Assembly (NCBI GenBank): GCA_964542785.1
Contig: CAZIUK010000002.1
Coordinates: 155,416 to 219,415 of the forward strand
Direction: 5' to 3'
Length of the DNA stretch: 64,000 nucleotides
Origin: an uncultured Planctomycetales bacterium
GTDB lineage: Bacteria > Omnitrophota > Gorgyraeia > Gygaellales > Profunditerraquicolaceae
Part shown: positions 9,264 to 22,087 of the stretch, in pieces
Position numbering within the stretch: position 1 is the first letter of the stretch
Layout: every line of letters starts with the position of its first letter
Made by a program: the position numbers and the translations under genes
Notes under the pieces: generated by a model
Seen by the model: only the letters and a program-made list of their open reading frames with translations
Database searches by the model: none
Told to the model about the DNA's origin: nothing

Positions 9264-11693
9264 CTATTCCTCTTCTGCTATAACCGGGGCAATGCAAGAA
9301 ACCCGATCTTTATCCTGTAGTTTAATTAATTTCACGCCCTGGGCAGAGCGTCCGGTCTCCCTAATATCTTTAACCGCACAACGCAAAAATATGCCATTTT
9401 GAGTAATGACCATCAACTCGTCTTCATCGCTAACGGTCTTCAAATTTACCGCTTCGCCGTTTTTATCCGTAACCTTAATATTAATTATCCCCTTACCTCC
9501 ACGAGAAGTCAACCTATATTCATCTACTGTGGTACGCTTTGCAAACCCCAAAGAGGTAACCGTTAGTATCGCCGCATCTTTTTGTGGGAGAACTAAATCT
9601 ATCACTTCATCTTTTTTTGCTAAAGATACTGCCCTTACCCCCCTGGCAGTACGCCCCATATCCCTAACTTTAGTTTCGGAAAAACGTATTGCCTTGCCTT
9701 GACGGGTGCCTATTAAAAGCTCTTGCTTTCCGTCCGTCATCTCTACGCTTATTAACTCATCTCCTTTATCTAGAGTAATACCTATAATCCCTCCTTTACG
9801 CGGGTTACCATAAGCATCAAGTTTAGTCTTTTTAATTAAACCTAATTTAGTAACCATTACTAAATATTGGTCAGCAGAAAACTCTTTAACAGGAACAGTA
9901 GAGCTTATCTTAGAGCCCTGCTCCATCTGCACTAAATTAATAATAGCCTTGCCCTTAGAAGTACGGCTTGCCTGCGGAATCTCATAAACCTTAAGCCAAT
10001 GAACTTGCCCCTTATCCGTAAAAATCAAGAGGTAGTCCTTGGTAGATGCGACAAAGAGGTGCTCTATAAAATCCTCATCTTTAACCTCTGCACCGGTTAC
10101 CCCTCGCCCCCCCCGTTTCTGCCTACGGTAAGAGCTTACAGGAAGCCTTTTTATATAGCCGCTATGGCTAATAGTAACTACAACATCTTCTTCTGCTATC
10201 AAATCCTCTATTTCCAGCTCCTCCACTTCGCCAACTATATCAGTCCTACGTGCATCCCCATATCTCTCTTTAAGGTCTTTCAACTCATTTTTAATAATAC
10301 CCTCTATTTTTCTCTCGGAGGCCAATATAGCCCTGCATAGCTCTATCTTCTTTAGTAGTTCGGCATATTCAGCCTCAATCTTATCCTGCTCAAGAGCGGT
10401 TAAACGCTGTAACTGCATCTCTAATATTGCCTGCGCTTGCGCCTCTGAAAGGTCAAACTCTTTCATTAAATTAACCCGCGCTACATCCACGCTTTTAGAT
10501 GTCTTAATCACCTTGATAATTCGGTCAATAAATTTAAGGGCTATCTTTAGCCCTTCTAAAATATGCGCCCTCTTCAAGGCCTTGTCCAGCTCAAATTGTG
10601 TCCTACGACGAATAATAACCTTGCGGTGCTCTATATAACAATCCAATACTTGACGCAGATTTAAAACCTTTGGTCTATTCTCTACAAGCGCAAGAGTAAT
10701 AATACCAAAGGTGGTCTCCAGCTGTGTATGTTTAAAAAGCTGGTTGAGGATAATCTGCGGCTCAGTATCCCTCTTAAGCTCAACTACTATACGCATGCCA
10801 TCCTTATCAGATTCATCACGTATATCAGAGATACCTTCTACCTTTTTCTCATCTACAAGCCCGGCGATAGCCTCAATTAATGATGATTTTTGCACCTGAT
10901 ACGGAATCTCTGTTATAATAATCAAATCTTTTCCGTTTTTTTGATGCTCAATAGTTGCCCGAGCGCGCACAGTAAGTTTACCCCGACCAGTTGTATAAGC
11001 CTCTTTAATCCCGCCTTTACCGCATATAACCCCTCCCGTAGGAAAATCCGGCCCTTTTATATAACGCATCAAGTCCTTAATCTCTGCTAAAGGATTGTCC
11101 AAAAGGTAAATAATCGCATCTGCTACTTCATTTAAATTATGCGGCGGGATATTTGTAGCCATGCCTACAGCAATACCGCTTGATCCATTTACGAGTAGAT
11201 TCGGCAGAGCTGCGGGCAAAAGTAAAGGCTCTTTTAATGAAGCATCAAAATTAGGCCCAAAATTTACTGTATCTTTATCTATATCCCCCAGAATAACATC
11301 GGCTATGGAGGCAAGACGCGCCTCAGTATAACGCATGGCTGCAGCCGCATCTCCATCCACAGAACCAAAGTTACCTTGTCCATCTACCAAGGGATAGCGT
11401 AAAGAAAAATCCTGCGCTAACCTCACCAAAGCATCGTAAACCGCTACATCCCCATGCGGATGATATTTTCCCAAAACCTCTCCAACGATACGCGCACATT
11501 TTTTATACGGCTTCGAATGCCCTAGGCTTAATTCCTGCATAGCATAGAGTATTCTTCTATGCACTGGCTTTAAACCATCACGTATATCAGGTAGAGCACG
11601 CCCAACAATTACGCTCATCGCATAATTTAAATAAGCGTCTTTAACTTCCTCTTCAATACAAACGGGAACTACTTTTCCATTACGAGCATACAT
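9264..11693 (-). CDS. gyrA: DNA gyrase subunit A
   Basis: The 809-aa ORF has the active-site Tyr region [11 protein letters not shown] and a C-terminal beta-pinwheel repeat region. Confidence 0.95.
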   Translation of the reverse strand: MYARNGKVVPVCIEEEVKDAYLNYAMSVIVGRALPDIRDGLKPVHRRILYAMQELSLGHSKPYKKCARIVGEVLGKYHPHGDVAVYDALVRLAQDFSLRYPLVDGQGNFGSVDGDAAAAMRYTEARLASIADVILGDIDKDTVNFGPNFDASLKEPLLLPAALPNLLVNGSSGIAVGMATNIPPHNLNEVADAIIYLLDNPLAEIKDLMRYIKGPDFPTGGVICGKGGIKEAYTTGRGKLTVRARATIEHQKNGKDLIIITEIPYQVQKSSLIEAIAGLVDEKKVEGISDIRDESDKDGMRIVVELKRDTEPQIILNQLFKHTQLETTFGIITLALVENRPKVLNLRQVLDCYIEHRKVIIRRRTQFELDKALKRAHILEGLKIALKFIDRIIKVIKTSKSVDVARVNLMKEFDLSEAQAQAILEMQLQRLTALEQDKIEAEYAELLKKIELCRAILASERKIEGIIKNELKDLKERYGDARRTDIVGEVEELEIEDLIAEEDVVVTISHSGYIKRLPVSSYRRQKRGGRGVTGAEVKDEDFIEHLFVASTKDYLLIFTDKGQVHWLKVYEIPQASRTSKGKAIINLVQMEQGSKISSTVPVKEFSADQYLVMVTKLGLIKKTKLDAYGNPRKGGIIGITLDKGDELISVEMTDGKQELLIGTRQGKAIRFSETKVRDMGRTARGVRAVSLAKKDEVIDLVLPQKDAAILTVTSLGFAKRTTVDEYRLTSRGGKGIINIKVTDKNGEAVNLKTVSDEDELMVITQNGIFLRCAVKDIRETGRSAQGVKLIKLQDKDRVSCIAPVIAEEE

Positions 11694-12489
11694 TGGTCTC
11701 TACAGCCTCTTTTATTTTTTTATACATAACAACCATTGCTACGACAATAAACGGCGTTACTATAGAATTAATAATAATATTATTAACGGCGCCGACAACC
11801 ATACTCACTTCCGTCATGTAATTATGCCTGTTAAAAATATCATTCCACACAACATAAGGAATAGACGTAAGCAGTATAGTAGCCGCAATTAAAGCATACT
11901 CTCCAACAACCGGTGTAACATAATTCTTTATAAGAACGGCACTACGCCTTAATGACTTAATAGGCCCTAAATCCTCTGCTATACAAACTACCCCTGCAAG
12001 TGCCCAACGAATCCCAAAATAAACAAAGGAAGAAATTACTATAATAACTGGGATAATCTGCACAGCAAATACAGATAAGATACTACCTCTACCAAGCATA
12101 GCATACAAAACCACTACAACCGCAAATCCAACAAAAACTATACTGCTGAAAAACAAAACAATTAATAAATTTAACGCTATATACCGCACCAAGTACTTTT
12201 TTATCCCTAATAAAATACTCTCTACGATATTTACTCCCTCTCCCTGCGCCACTTTACAAGTAGCAAATATTAATGGGACCGAAACCAATGAGCTTAATAT
12301 CATTAAAATTAGATTTAATATTTTAGACTGATCCCCTACTACTACTAAAGACAATAAGGTAAACAAAAGATATGGCACAAATAAAGCGAGATATATACCG
12401 CTTAGCTTCTTGAAATCTTTAAGGTACAACCCCCAAGCTTCTTTAAAAATCAAAACCGGATAAATCGCTTTTTTCACACAATTCGCCAT
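11680..12489 (-). CDS. Hypothetical polytopic integral membrane protein (about 6-7 TM helices)
   Basis: The 269-aa ORF is very hydrophobic. Its stop overlaps the gyrA start by 14 nt and it lies 13 nt after gyrB. I do not recognise a motif. Confidence 0.55.
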   Translation of the reverse strand: MANCVKKAIYPVLIFKEAWGLYLKDFKKLSGIYLALFVPYLLFTLLSLVVVGDQSKILNLILMILSSLVSVPLIFATCKVAQGEGVNIVESILLGIKKYLVRYIALNLLIVLFFSSIVFVGFAVVVVLYAMLGRGSILSVFAVQIIPVIIVISSFVYFGIRWALAGVVCIAEDLGPIKSLRRSAVLIKNYVTPVVGEYALIAATILLTSIPYVVWNDIFNRHNYMTEVSMVVGAVNNIIINSIVTPFIVVAMVVMYKKIKEAVETNVCS

Positions 12490-12502
12490 ACCCTTCCCCT
12501 TG

Positions 12503-15249
<2,747 letters not shown>

Positions 15250-15252
15250 AAA

Positions 15253-16344
15253 CTAACCTAACCGCATCGGTAAGACTATATAAGTATAACCATTATTGCG
15301 TATAACTCCAGGCTTTTCTGTATCAGTAAGCTCTAAATCCACAAATTCAACATTTAGGTTTTTTAAAACATCTACTAAATAAAAAGGATTAAACCCCACC
15401 ACCAATTCTTTTCCTGTATAAACTATAGACATCTCCTCTCTAGATTCTCCAATATCAGGAGTAGATTTTGAGAGAACCAACTTGTTTTTAAAAACCTCCA
15501 GCTTTACCGCTTGATAATCAGGAGTAGAAAGAAGTGCGGCTCGTTTAACCGCTAAGAGAAACTCCCCCCTATTAAGGCGTAACTTATTACTTGTAGATAA
15601 GGGTATAACTTGCTTATAGTCAGGAAATTCCCCTTCAATAAGCCGTGATACAATAGATATAAAACCTAACTCAAACAGCGCTTGATTAAGACCCAAAACC
15701 AAAGATACGTTTCCTTCCTCTTTAAGATTACGACCTAACTCTTGCACTGTTTTTTGTGGAACAATAATACTAGCTTCAACATTGGAGGGTGTATTAAGTT
15801 TTTTTTCTACCACTGCAAGCCTCTTGCCATCTGTAGCTACCACAGTAAGGGTATTTTTGTGAAACCTAAAAAGTACTCCGTTTAAAATATAGCGGTGCTC
15901 GTCTGTAGATGCCGCAAAAGAGGTAACTTGCAACATCTCCCTTAAATCCTTCTGCTCTAAACTAATCACCTCTTTATCTTTAAACTCGGGTAATTTAGGA
16001 AACTCCTCGCGAGCTAACCCCATTACCCTAAACTGACAAGATGAAGCCTCGATATTCATCTGGTTGTTTTTTTTAGCCATTAACTGAATTTTACCCTCAG
16101 GCAGCTCTTTAACAATATCACTAAACCTTTTAGCGGGAATAGTAATAGCTCCTACCTCGCGCACATCAACAGGAATTACACAAGTTATACCTATATCTAA
16201 ATCTGTTGCTGTTAACCGTAATTGCTCATTCTGGGCTTCTAATAAAACGTTGGAAAGTATTGGTAGACTAGTTTTAGTAACAATAACATTTTGTACAGCT
16301 TGCAACCCAGATAATAAAACACTTTTGTTAACACTAAGCCTCAT
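15253..16344 (-). CDS. dnaN: DNA polymerase III beta sliding clamp
   Basis: The 363-aa ORF has a three-domain clamp pattern and starts MRLSVNKSVLLSGLQAVQNVI. Confidence 0.9.
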   Translation of the reverse strand: MRLSVNKSVLLSGLQAVQNVIVTKTSLPILSNVLLEAQNEQLRLTATDLDIGITCVIPVDVREVGAITIPAKRFSDIVKELPEGKIQLMAKKNNQMNIEASSCQFRVMGLAREEFPKLPEFKDKEVISLEQKDLREMLQVTSFAASTDEHRYILNGVLFRFHKNTLTVVATDGKRLAVVEKKLNTPSNVEASIIVPQKTVQELGRNLKEEGNVSLVLGLNQALFELGFISIVSRLIEGEFPDYKQVIPLSTSNKLRLNRGEFLLAVKRAALLSTPDYQAVKLEVFKNKLVLSKSTPDIGESREEMSIVYTGKELVVGFNPFYLVDVLKNLNVEFVDLELTDTEKPGVIRNNGYTYIVLPMRLG

Positions 16345-16483
16345 TTTATCTCCTTTACTATTAATATTAATATATTAAATAAAAATAGTCGTAATAGTAG
16401 TGGTAAGTTTTTTTGTTGAAAACTACTTAACATAATATTATATTAAAAGTTAGAATAAAAAATATATTGGATAACCTTAGGAT
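16345..16483. other. AT-rich dnaN-dnaA intergenic region, candidate DNA unwinding element
   Basis: 139 bp of mostly A/T (ATTAATATTAATATATTAAATAAAAATAG...) with a weak DnaA-box-like GGTTATCCAAT. Confidence 0.3.
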
Positions 16484-17824
16484 TTATTGTTTAATAACGC
16501 TTATAATTCGGGTTATCTTGTCGTTTAAAAGATAATCTGTGTTAATGCTCTCTTTAATTTTGTTGTATGCGTGCAATACTGTGGTGTGGTCTTTACCTCC
16601 AAAACACCCTCCTATTTCGGGCAAAGATAAATCCGTTAGTTCTCTACTTAAATACATAGCTACCTGTCGTGGTAAGACTATGGTTTTATTTCTCCTACGG
16701 GTTTTCATGTCTCCCATAGAGATACCAAACTCTTCTGCAGTGCAACGCATTATAAAATCTACAGTAATAAGTTTTTTGGGTTCTCTTATGAGGTCTTTTA
16801 AAACCTCTTTTGTCAAACTTACGGTAATAGGCTCCTCTTCCATTAAAGAATAGGCCATTGTTCGGACAAGGGCACCTTCTAATTCGCGGATATTTGTTTT
16901 GATTAGTTGAGCTATAAAGAAAATAACATCATCAGGGACCACTACAGGTTCTCGTTCAACCTTCTTTTTTAAAATAGCTACTCTTGTTTCTAAGTCCGGC
17001 GGTTGTATGTCGGTTGTTAAACCCCAACCAAAACGGGAAATCAGTCGTTCTTGTAAATCGGCGATCTCTTTGGGAGGGCGGTCTGATGAAAGGATGATTT
17101 GTTTGTGAGCATCATATAACGCATTAAAAGTATGAAAAAATTCCTCTTGAGTGGAATCTTTGCCCCCAAAAAAATGGACGTCATCAATAACAAGGATATC
17201 AACGCTCCTATATTTTTGTCTGAAATTAGCAGTAGCGTGGCGTTGTATTGCGTTGATTAGTTCGTTGGTAAATTGTTCCGAGGGTAGATAAGCTATTTTT
17301 AAGTTATTTTTTACGCCCTCTTTAATTTTATGGCATATAGCTTGTATAAGATGCGTTTTTCCCAACCCAACCCCCCCGTATACAAAAAGCGGATTATAGG
17401 TTTTTGCCGGAGCTTCTGCTACGGCGACGGAATAGGCATGTGCGTGGCGGTTGGATGAACCGACGACAAAATTATCAAAAGTATATCTATTATTCAACCC
17501 TATACCGTACTGCTTTTCCTTTTCTTGTATGGTTATAGTGGAATGAGTTGGGGTTAATTTAGTAGGCTGTTGTGGCGCTACCCCTATTTCAATATTAACA
17601 ATATCAGGATAAGATTTTTTAACGGCATTTTCAATAATCGGCCCATAGTTTTTTTGCACCCATTCTTTAAAGAAACTATCCGGAGCCTCTAAAATTAAAG
17701 AATTAGGGGCTCCTGATTTAATTTGTAATGGCACTATCCAAGTCTCAAAAGCAGTATTCTCTATTGTTTGTTGAAGCTCTTGACAAGCGTGATTCCAAAT
17801 TAACGTTAAGTCTTGTGAGTTCAT
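16484..17824 (-). CDS. dnaA: Chromosomal replication initiator protein DnaA
   Basis: The 446-aa ORF has AAA+ Walker A GGVGLGKTHL, Walker B ILVIDDVHF, and a C-terminal DNA-binding helix region. Confidence 0.95.
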   Translation of the reverse strand: MNSQDLTLIWNHACQELQQTIENTAFETWIVPLQIKSGAPNSLILEAPDSFFKEWVQKNYGPIIENAVKKSYPDIVNIEIGVAPQQPTKLTPTHSTITIQEKEKQYGIGLNNRYTFDNFVVGSSNRHAHAYSVAVAEAPAKTYNPLFVYGGVGLGKTHLIQAICHKIKEGVKNNLKIAYLPSEQFTNELINAIQRHATANFRQKYRSVDILVIDDVHFFGGKDSTQEEFFHTFNALYDAHKQIILSSDRPPKEIADLQERLISRFGWGLTTDIQPPDLETRVAILKKKVEREPVVVPDDVIFFIAQLIKTNIRELEGALVRTMAYSLMEEEPITVSLTKEVLKDLIREPKKLITVDFIMRCTAEEFGISMGDMKTRRRNKTIVLPRQVAMYLSRELTDLSLPEIGGCFGGKDHTTVLHAYNKIKESINTDYLLNDKITRIISVIKQ

Positions 17825-18205
17825 TCTATTAACAGTTTATCCACATCTTGTATAAATCTGTGGAGAAATTCTTGTTTATTATTATAAGAGCCCTTTCCTC
17901 TAAAATCATAAAAATTGGTGAAAAGTACAATCCATATCAGAATATTTTAGATAGTGTGCAATAATTATAACAGAAATTAAAGTAGTTGCAAGCGAAAAAG
18001 TTAAACGTCAGTTATTATACGCTTTTTTCTCCTTGCGTCAATATAAATTAGATATAAGCTGCATTGTTTTATGCTTTGGCGTTCTTTAAATTCTTCGATC
18101 GTATTATAGTAGCGTAAGAGAAAGACCGTAGGGATGATAATACCGACGGAGTTGTTAATATCCAGTGGGAATTAGAATTCTTTTATATTAATATATAAAT
18201 TACCC
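17825..18205. other. Candidate oriC / dnaA promoter region with DnaA boxes
   Basis: There is a perfect TTATCCACA at about 17837-17845 and a convergent TGTGGAGAA (one mismatch) at about 17859-17867, followed by an AT-rich tract. The region sits between divergent dnaA and rpmH at the window's strand-bias switch. Confidence 0.6.
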
Positions 18206-18206
18206 A

Positions 18207-18233
18207 TTGACGGAGTGCGCTTTTGTGCTATAA
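18207..18233 (+). promoter_or_regulatory. Putative sigma70-type promoter for rpmH
   Basis: TTGACG, 16-nt spacer, then TGcTATAAT (extended -10), about 45 nt upstream of the rpmH ATG. Coordinates are approximate. Confidence 0.4.
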
Positions 18234-18276
18234 TTAGCAACCATCATAATCAATTTTAATTGAGAGGAATAAGAAG

Positions 18277-18414
18277 ATGAAAAAGAATTTGAAAACTCCG
18301 ACTAATATCGTTGGCAAAAGAAAGCAGGGCTTTCGAAAAAAGATGTCAACCCGCAAGGGACGTAAACTCTTAGCCCGGCGCAGGAAAAAAGGCAGAAAGC
18401 GGCTTTGTTTCTAA
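18277..18414 (+). CDS. rpmH: 50S ribosomal protein L34
   Basis: The 45-aa ORF MKKNLKTPTNIVGKRKQGFRKKMSTRKGRKLLARRRKKGRKRLCF is absent from the ORF track because it is shorter than 60 aa. Confidence 0.9.
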   Translation: MKKNLKTPTNIVGKRKQGFRKKMSTRKGRKLLARRRKKGRKRLCF

Positions 18415-18629
18415 TGTTGCAAAAGTTTGCTGTTAGGATTATAGATTGCTATCAAAAGTATATAAGGCTTATTTTACCCCCTACCTGTCGTTTTATTCCA
18501 AGCTGCTCCGAATATACAAAAGAGGCAATTCAAAGATATGGGGTATTAAGGGGCTCCTTAAAAGGAGTTAAGAGGATATTTTCATGTCATCCATTTTCAG
18601 TTAAAGGGGTATATGATCCGTTAGATTAA
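18405..18629 (+). CDS. yidD: Membrane protein insertion efficiency factor YidD
   Basis: The 74-aa ORF has the conserved YQKYISP...CRFIPSCSEY motif. Its start is probably the ATG at 18414. It overlaps the rpmH stop. Confidence 0.8.
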   Translation: MFLMLQKFAVRIIDCYQKYIRLILPPTCRFIPSCSEYTKEAIQRYGVLRGSLKGVKRIFSCHPFSVKGVYDPLD

Positions 18630-18633
18630 TAAG

Positions 18634-20160
18634 ATGGAAAAGCGTTTAGTTATAGCGATTGGATTGTCATTATTAGTGCTATTAACTTGGTCTGTTTTAA
18701 TACCAAAGTCGCAACCTGTTGTAATGCAAAGAGTTAATAAGTTATCGGCGGATGCGTCTGCGCCCCTCTCTGTAAATAATATTGACTTGCCGCAGGTTAT
18801 TGCAAGAGAAGATAAGCCTCTAGTTTATGAACAGGAGAACCTAAAGGCTATTTTTAATGAGTCGCAAGCAACTTTGCAAAAAGTAATATTTACTCATTAT
18901 AATGATGATGAACTCTCTCTTAAATATGGGTTTTTGCTTGGAGATACCTCTTTGGTTTTTAAAAAAGGAGAGGTTACAGATAATAGTGTTAGTTTTTATG
19001 CTACAACCCCTACTCACAAGATAATTAAGAGATTTATTTTTCATAAGTTTAATTATACCATTATATTAGAAATAATAATTAAAAATAATTCTACTACCTC
19101 TCTCTCTATGGCTATTCCGATTTCATTAGGAATATTAGATTTTTCTCATAATAATCCACAGGTTCGATATCAAGATTTAACTGTAGGCTTGCAAGAAAAG
19201 GTCTTTCATGTAAATGGGAGAAAGGACGCACAATTTTTAGATATCAAATTTTTTGGATTACGAGATCAATATTTTGCAGCAATAATTGAACCTAACTTTG
19301 AACAAGCTAATGCTTTTATTAAAAAATTGAATAATCAAGAATCTGAAGTAGGAATTAATGTCCAAACTATTAATATTCCTCCTAATCAACAGATTGGACA
19401 TTTATATAAAATTTATCTTGGTCCACAAGATTTAACTATTATTAATAAAGTTAATCCTCTTTGGGGGAATATAATTCATTTTGGAAAATTTGATTTTATT
19501 TCACAAGTTTTATTACAAATTCTTAATTTTTTATATAAAATTTTACACAATTGGGGTTTGGCTATAATCTTTCTGAGTTTATTAGTATATATGACATTAT
19601 ATCCATTATCTTTAAAGCAAATGCGTTCTATGAAAGAGATGCAAACCTTACAACCTAAGATAGAAATATTACGACAAACTTATAAAGATAATCCACAAAA
19701 ACTCAATAAAGAGATTATGGATCTTTATAAAGAACATAATGTAAATCCTTTAGGTGGTTGTTTACCTCTTTTATTGCAAATGCCAATATTTTTTGCGCTT
19801 TATAATGCATTAATACGTTCAATCGCTTTAAAAGGTGCACGTTTTCTTTGGATTCAAGATTTATCAAAACCAGACAATTTATGGACCTTTCCTCATTCTT
19901 GGCCTAAGTTACCAATAATTGGTAATGAATTAAATATTTTGCCTATTGTAATGGCTATAGGTATGTTTTTTCAGCAGAAAATTTCATCTACCTCCTCCAC
20001 CAGTATAGCTACTGAACAACAAAGAGTAATGCTAATTATCATGCCAATAATGTTTTGTTTAATTTTTTATCGTATGCCTTCTGGTTTAGTCCTCTATTGG
20101 TTTGTTAATAGCACATTAATGCTCTTTTTTCAATTACGTTTAAATAAGGCAAAAGCATGA
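18634..20160 (+). CDS. yidC: Membrane protein insertase YidC
   Basis: The 508-aa ORF has an N-terminal TM helix, a periplasmic domain, and a C-terminal five-TM 60-kDa-IMP core (GGCLPLLLQMPIFFALY). Confidence 0.9.
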   Translation: MEKRLVIAIGLSLLVLLTWSVLIPKSQPVVMQRVNKLSADASAPLSVNNIDLPQVIAREDKPLVYEQENLKAIFNESQATLQKVIFTHYNDDELSLKYGFLLGDTSLVFKKGEVTDNSVSFYATTPTHKIIKRFIFHKFNYTIILEIIIKNNSTTSLSMAIPISLGILDFSHNNPQVRYQDLTVGLQEKVFHVNGRKDAQFLDIKFFGLRDQYFAAIIEPNFEQANAFIKKLNNQESEVGINVQTINIPPNQQIGHLYKIYLGPQDLTIINKVNPLWGNIIHFGKFDFISQVLLQILNFLYKILHNWGLAIIFLSLLVYMTLYPLSLKQMRSMKEMQTLQPKIEILRQTYKDNPQKLNKEIMDLYKEHNVNPLGGCLPLLLQMPIFFALYNALIRSIALKGARFLWIQDLSKPDNLWTFPHSWPKLPIIGNELNILPIVMAIGMFFQQKISSTSSTSIATEQQRVMLIIMPIMFCLIFYRMPSGLVLYWFVNSTLMLFFQLRLNKAKA

Positions 20161-20354
20161 CTAATAGATTTATAGAAGTAGAGGGGAAGACAGTAAGCGC
20201 AGCTATAAAAGAAGCCTTACATAAACTGCAGTTACCTCGTAAACAAGTTAAGATAGAAGTTTTATCTGAAGAAGCAAAAGGGCTTTTTGGTATGGCAGGA
20301 GCTAAATTAGCAAGGATACGTGCTATTGTTATAAAAGAGGCAAAAAAGGCTTGA
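20157..20354 (+). CDS. Jag/KhpB N-terminal-domain-only small protein
   Basis: The 65-aa ORF lies downstream of yidC at the canonical jag position, but neither KH nor R3H domains follow it. Confidence 0.45.
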   Translation: MTNRFIEVEGKTVSAAIKEALHKLQLPRKQVKIEVLSEEAKGLFGMAGAKLARIRAIVIKEAKKA

Positions 20355-20413
20355 CAATATCTCTGTATATAAGATAATATTTATATTCAATTTGGTATGT
20401 TCCGCGTGGAACA
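20351..20413 (+). promoter_or_regulatory. Putative parAB promoter plus parS-like palindrome
   Basis: TTGACA, 16-nt spacer, GATAAT, then TGTTCCGCGTGGAACA at 20398-20413, which matches 13 of 16 positions of the parS consensus TGTTTCACGTGAAACA. It is 22 nt upstream of the parA ATG. Confidence 0.35.
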
Positions 20414-20435
20414 GTTTGTAACTATATGAATATCA

Positions 20436-21233
20436 ATGAGTAAAGTAATCACAATCTGTAATCAAAAGGGTGGAGTAGGTAAAACTACATCTGCAATTAA
20501 TATTTCCACATATTTAGCTGCGCATGAAAAAAAGGTTATGCTTATTGACTTGGACCCCCAAGCAAATGCTACAAGTGGTATTGGTTTAAACAAGCATAAT
20601 ATTACAAAGAGTACATATCATGTATTATTGGAAGAATTAGATATTAAGGATATTCTGCATGCCGTTAATATACCTAATCTTATTATTGCTCCTTCTAATT
20701 TAGACTTAACCGGGGCAGAGGTAGAGCTTGTTGGCTCTTTAGGTAGAGAATATCGGCTTAAAAGAGCCCTAGATAAGATAAAAGCAGAATACGACTTTAT
20801 TATTATTGATTCTCCACCTTCATTAGGCTTGTTGACAATAAATGGGCTATGTGCAGCTGATTCAGTATTAATTCCAGTGCAATGTGAGTATTATGCCTTA
20901 GAGGGATTAACACAGCTTAACAATACTATTCGACTTGTAAGAGATAATATTAACCCAAATTTAGCTATAGAAGGAGTCTTGTTGACTATGGCAGACTTTA
21001 GAACGAATTTAACTAAAGAGGTTATTCAAGAGGCGCGTAATCATTTTCAAGATAAAGTTTACCGCACAGTAATACCACGAAATATACGCTTGACTGAAGC
21101 CCCTAGTTTTGGCAAGCCAATTTTGCTTTATGATAAAGATTCTTTAGGCGCGCATAAATACGCAGAATTGTGCCGTGAGATTCTAGGGTTGCCTTTAGAC
21201 CCCGAAATTATTAAAAAAGAAGGAGAGCTGTAA
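20436..21233 (+). CDS. parA: Chromosome partitioning ATPase ParA/Soj
   Basis: The 265-aa ORF has the deviant Walker A KGGVGKTT. Confidence 0.9.
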   Translation: MSKVITICNQKGGVGKTTSAINISTYLAAHEKKVMLIDLDPQANATSGIGLNKHNITKSTYHVLLEELDIKDILHAVNIPNLIIAPSNLDLTGAEVELVGSLGREYRLKRALDKIKAEYDFIIIDSPPSLGLLTINGLCAADSVLIPVQCEYYALEGLTQLNNTIRLVRDNINPNLAIEGVLLTMADFRTNLTKEVIQEARNHFQDKVYRTVIPRNIRLTEAPSFGKPILLYDKDSLGAHKYAELCREILGLPLDPEIIKKEGEL

Positions 21234-22087
21234 TGGAAAGAAAAGCATTAGGAAAAGGAATAGAAGCATTAATTCCGGGGAAAGAGCGTATCAAGAAAAA
21301 CGAAATTATTTATGCTCAAGCTACACAGATACGTCCTAACCCTTTTCAGCCTAGGGAAGAATTTGATATTGATGCCATTGAAGAGTTAGCCCAATCTATA
21401 AAAGAGAAAGGAATAATTCAGCCGCTTTTGGTTAGACAGAAGGGTGATTATTATGAATTAATTGCAGGAGAGAGAAGGTTGCGTGCATGTAACTCATTGG
21501 GCATCAATGAGATACCAATAATAATAAAAGATGTAAATGATCAAGACTCTTTAGAGTATGCGTTGATTGAGAATATCCAAAGGCAGGGGTTAAACCCTAT
21601 CGAAGAGGCACATGCTTACCAACACCTCATTGATAAGTTTCAGGTAACGCAAGAAAAGATAAGTGAAAGCTTAGGAAAGGCCCGTACAACCATAGTAAAT
21701 ACATTAAGGCTTTTAAAGCTTCCTCATGAAATTCAAGAGGAGTTAAAAAAAGGCCGTCTTTCTTTTGCCCATGGGCGGACGCTATTAGAGGTGGAGGGAG
21801 AGAATCGTCAGCGTGTCCTTGCGCAAGAAGTAATATCTCGAGGTTTATCCGTTAGGGAGTTAGAAAATTTAATCAAGGCAAGTAGGCCGCAGGTAAAAAA
21901 GGCTAAAGGTATCCGCACGCTCCGGGAGCCTTATGTTGCTCTTTTAGAAGAGGAGTTACAGAGGTGTCTATCCACGAAGGTAAGGATTAATAAAAGGAAG
22001 AAGCGTGGGAATATAAATATTGAATTTTACTCTCAGGAAGATCTTGAGAGGATTGTAGAGATAATAAAGGGAGGCAGAAAGGAATGA
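21233..22087 (+). CDS. parB: Chromosome partitioning protein ParB/Spo0J
   Basis: The 284-aa ORF has the ParB box GERRLRA and an HTH. Confidence 0.9.
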   Translation: MERKALGKGIEALIPGKERIKKNEIIYAQATQIRPNPFQPREEFDIDAIEELAQSIKEKGIIQPLLVRQKGDYYELIAGERRLRACNSLGINEIPIIIKDVNDQDSLEYALIENIQRQGLNPIEEAHAYQHLIDKFQVTQEKISESLGKARTTIVNTLRLLKLPHEIQEELKKGRLSFAHGRTLLEVEGENRQRVLAQEVISRGLSVRELENLIKASRPQVKKAKGIRTLREPYVALLEEELQRCLSTKVRINKRKKRGNINIEFYSQEDLERIVEIIKGGRKE

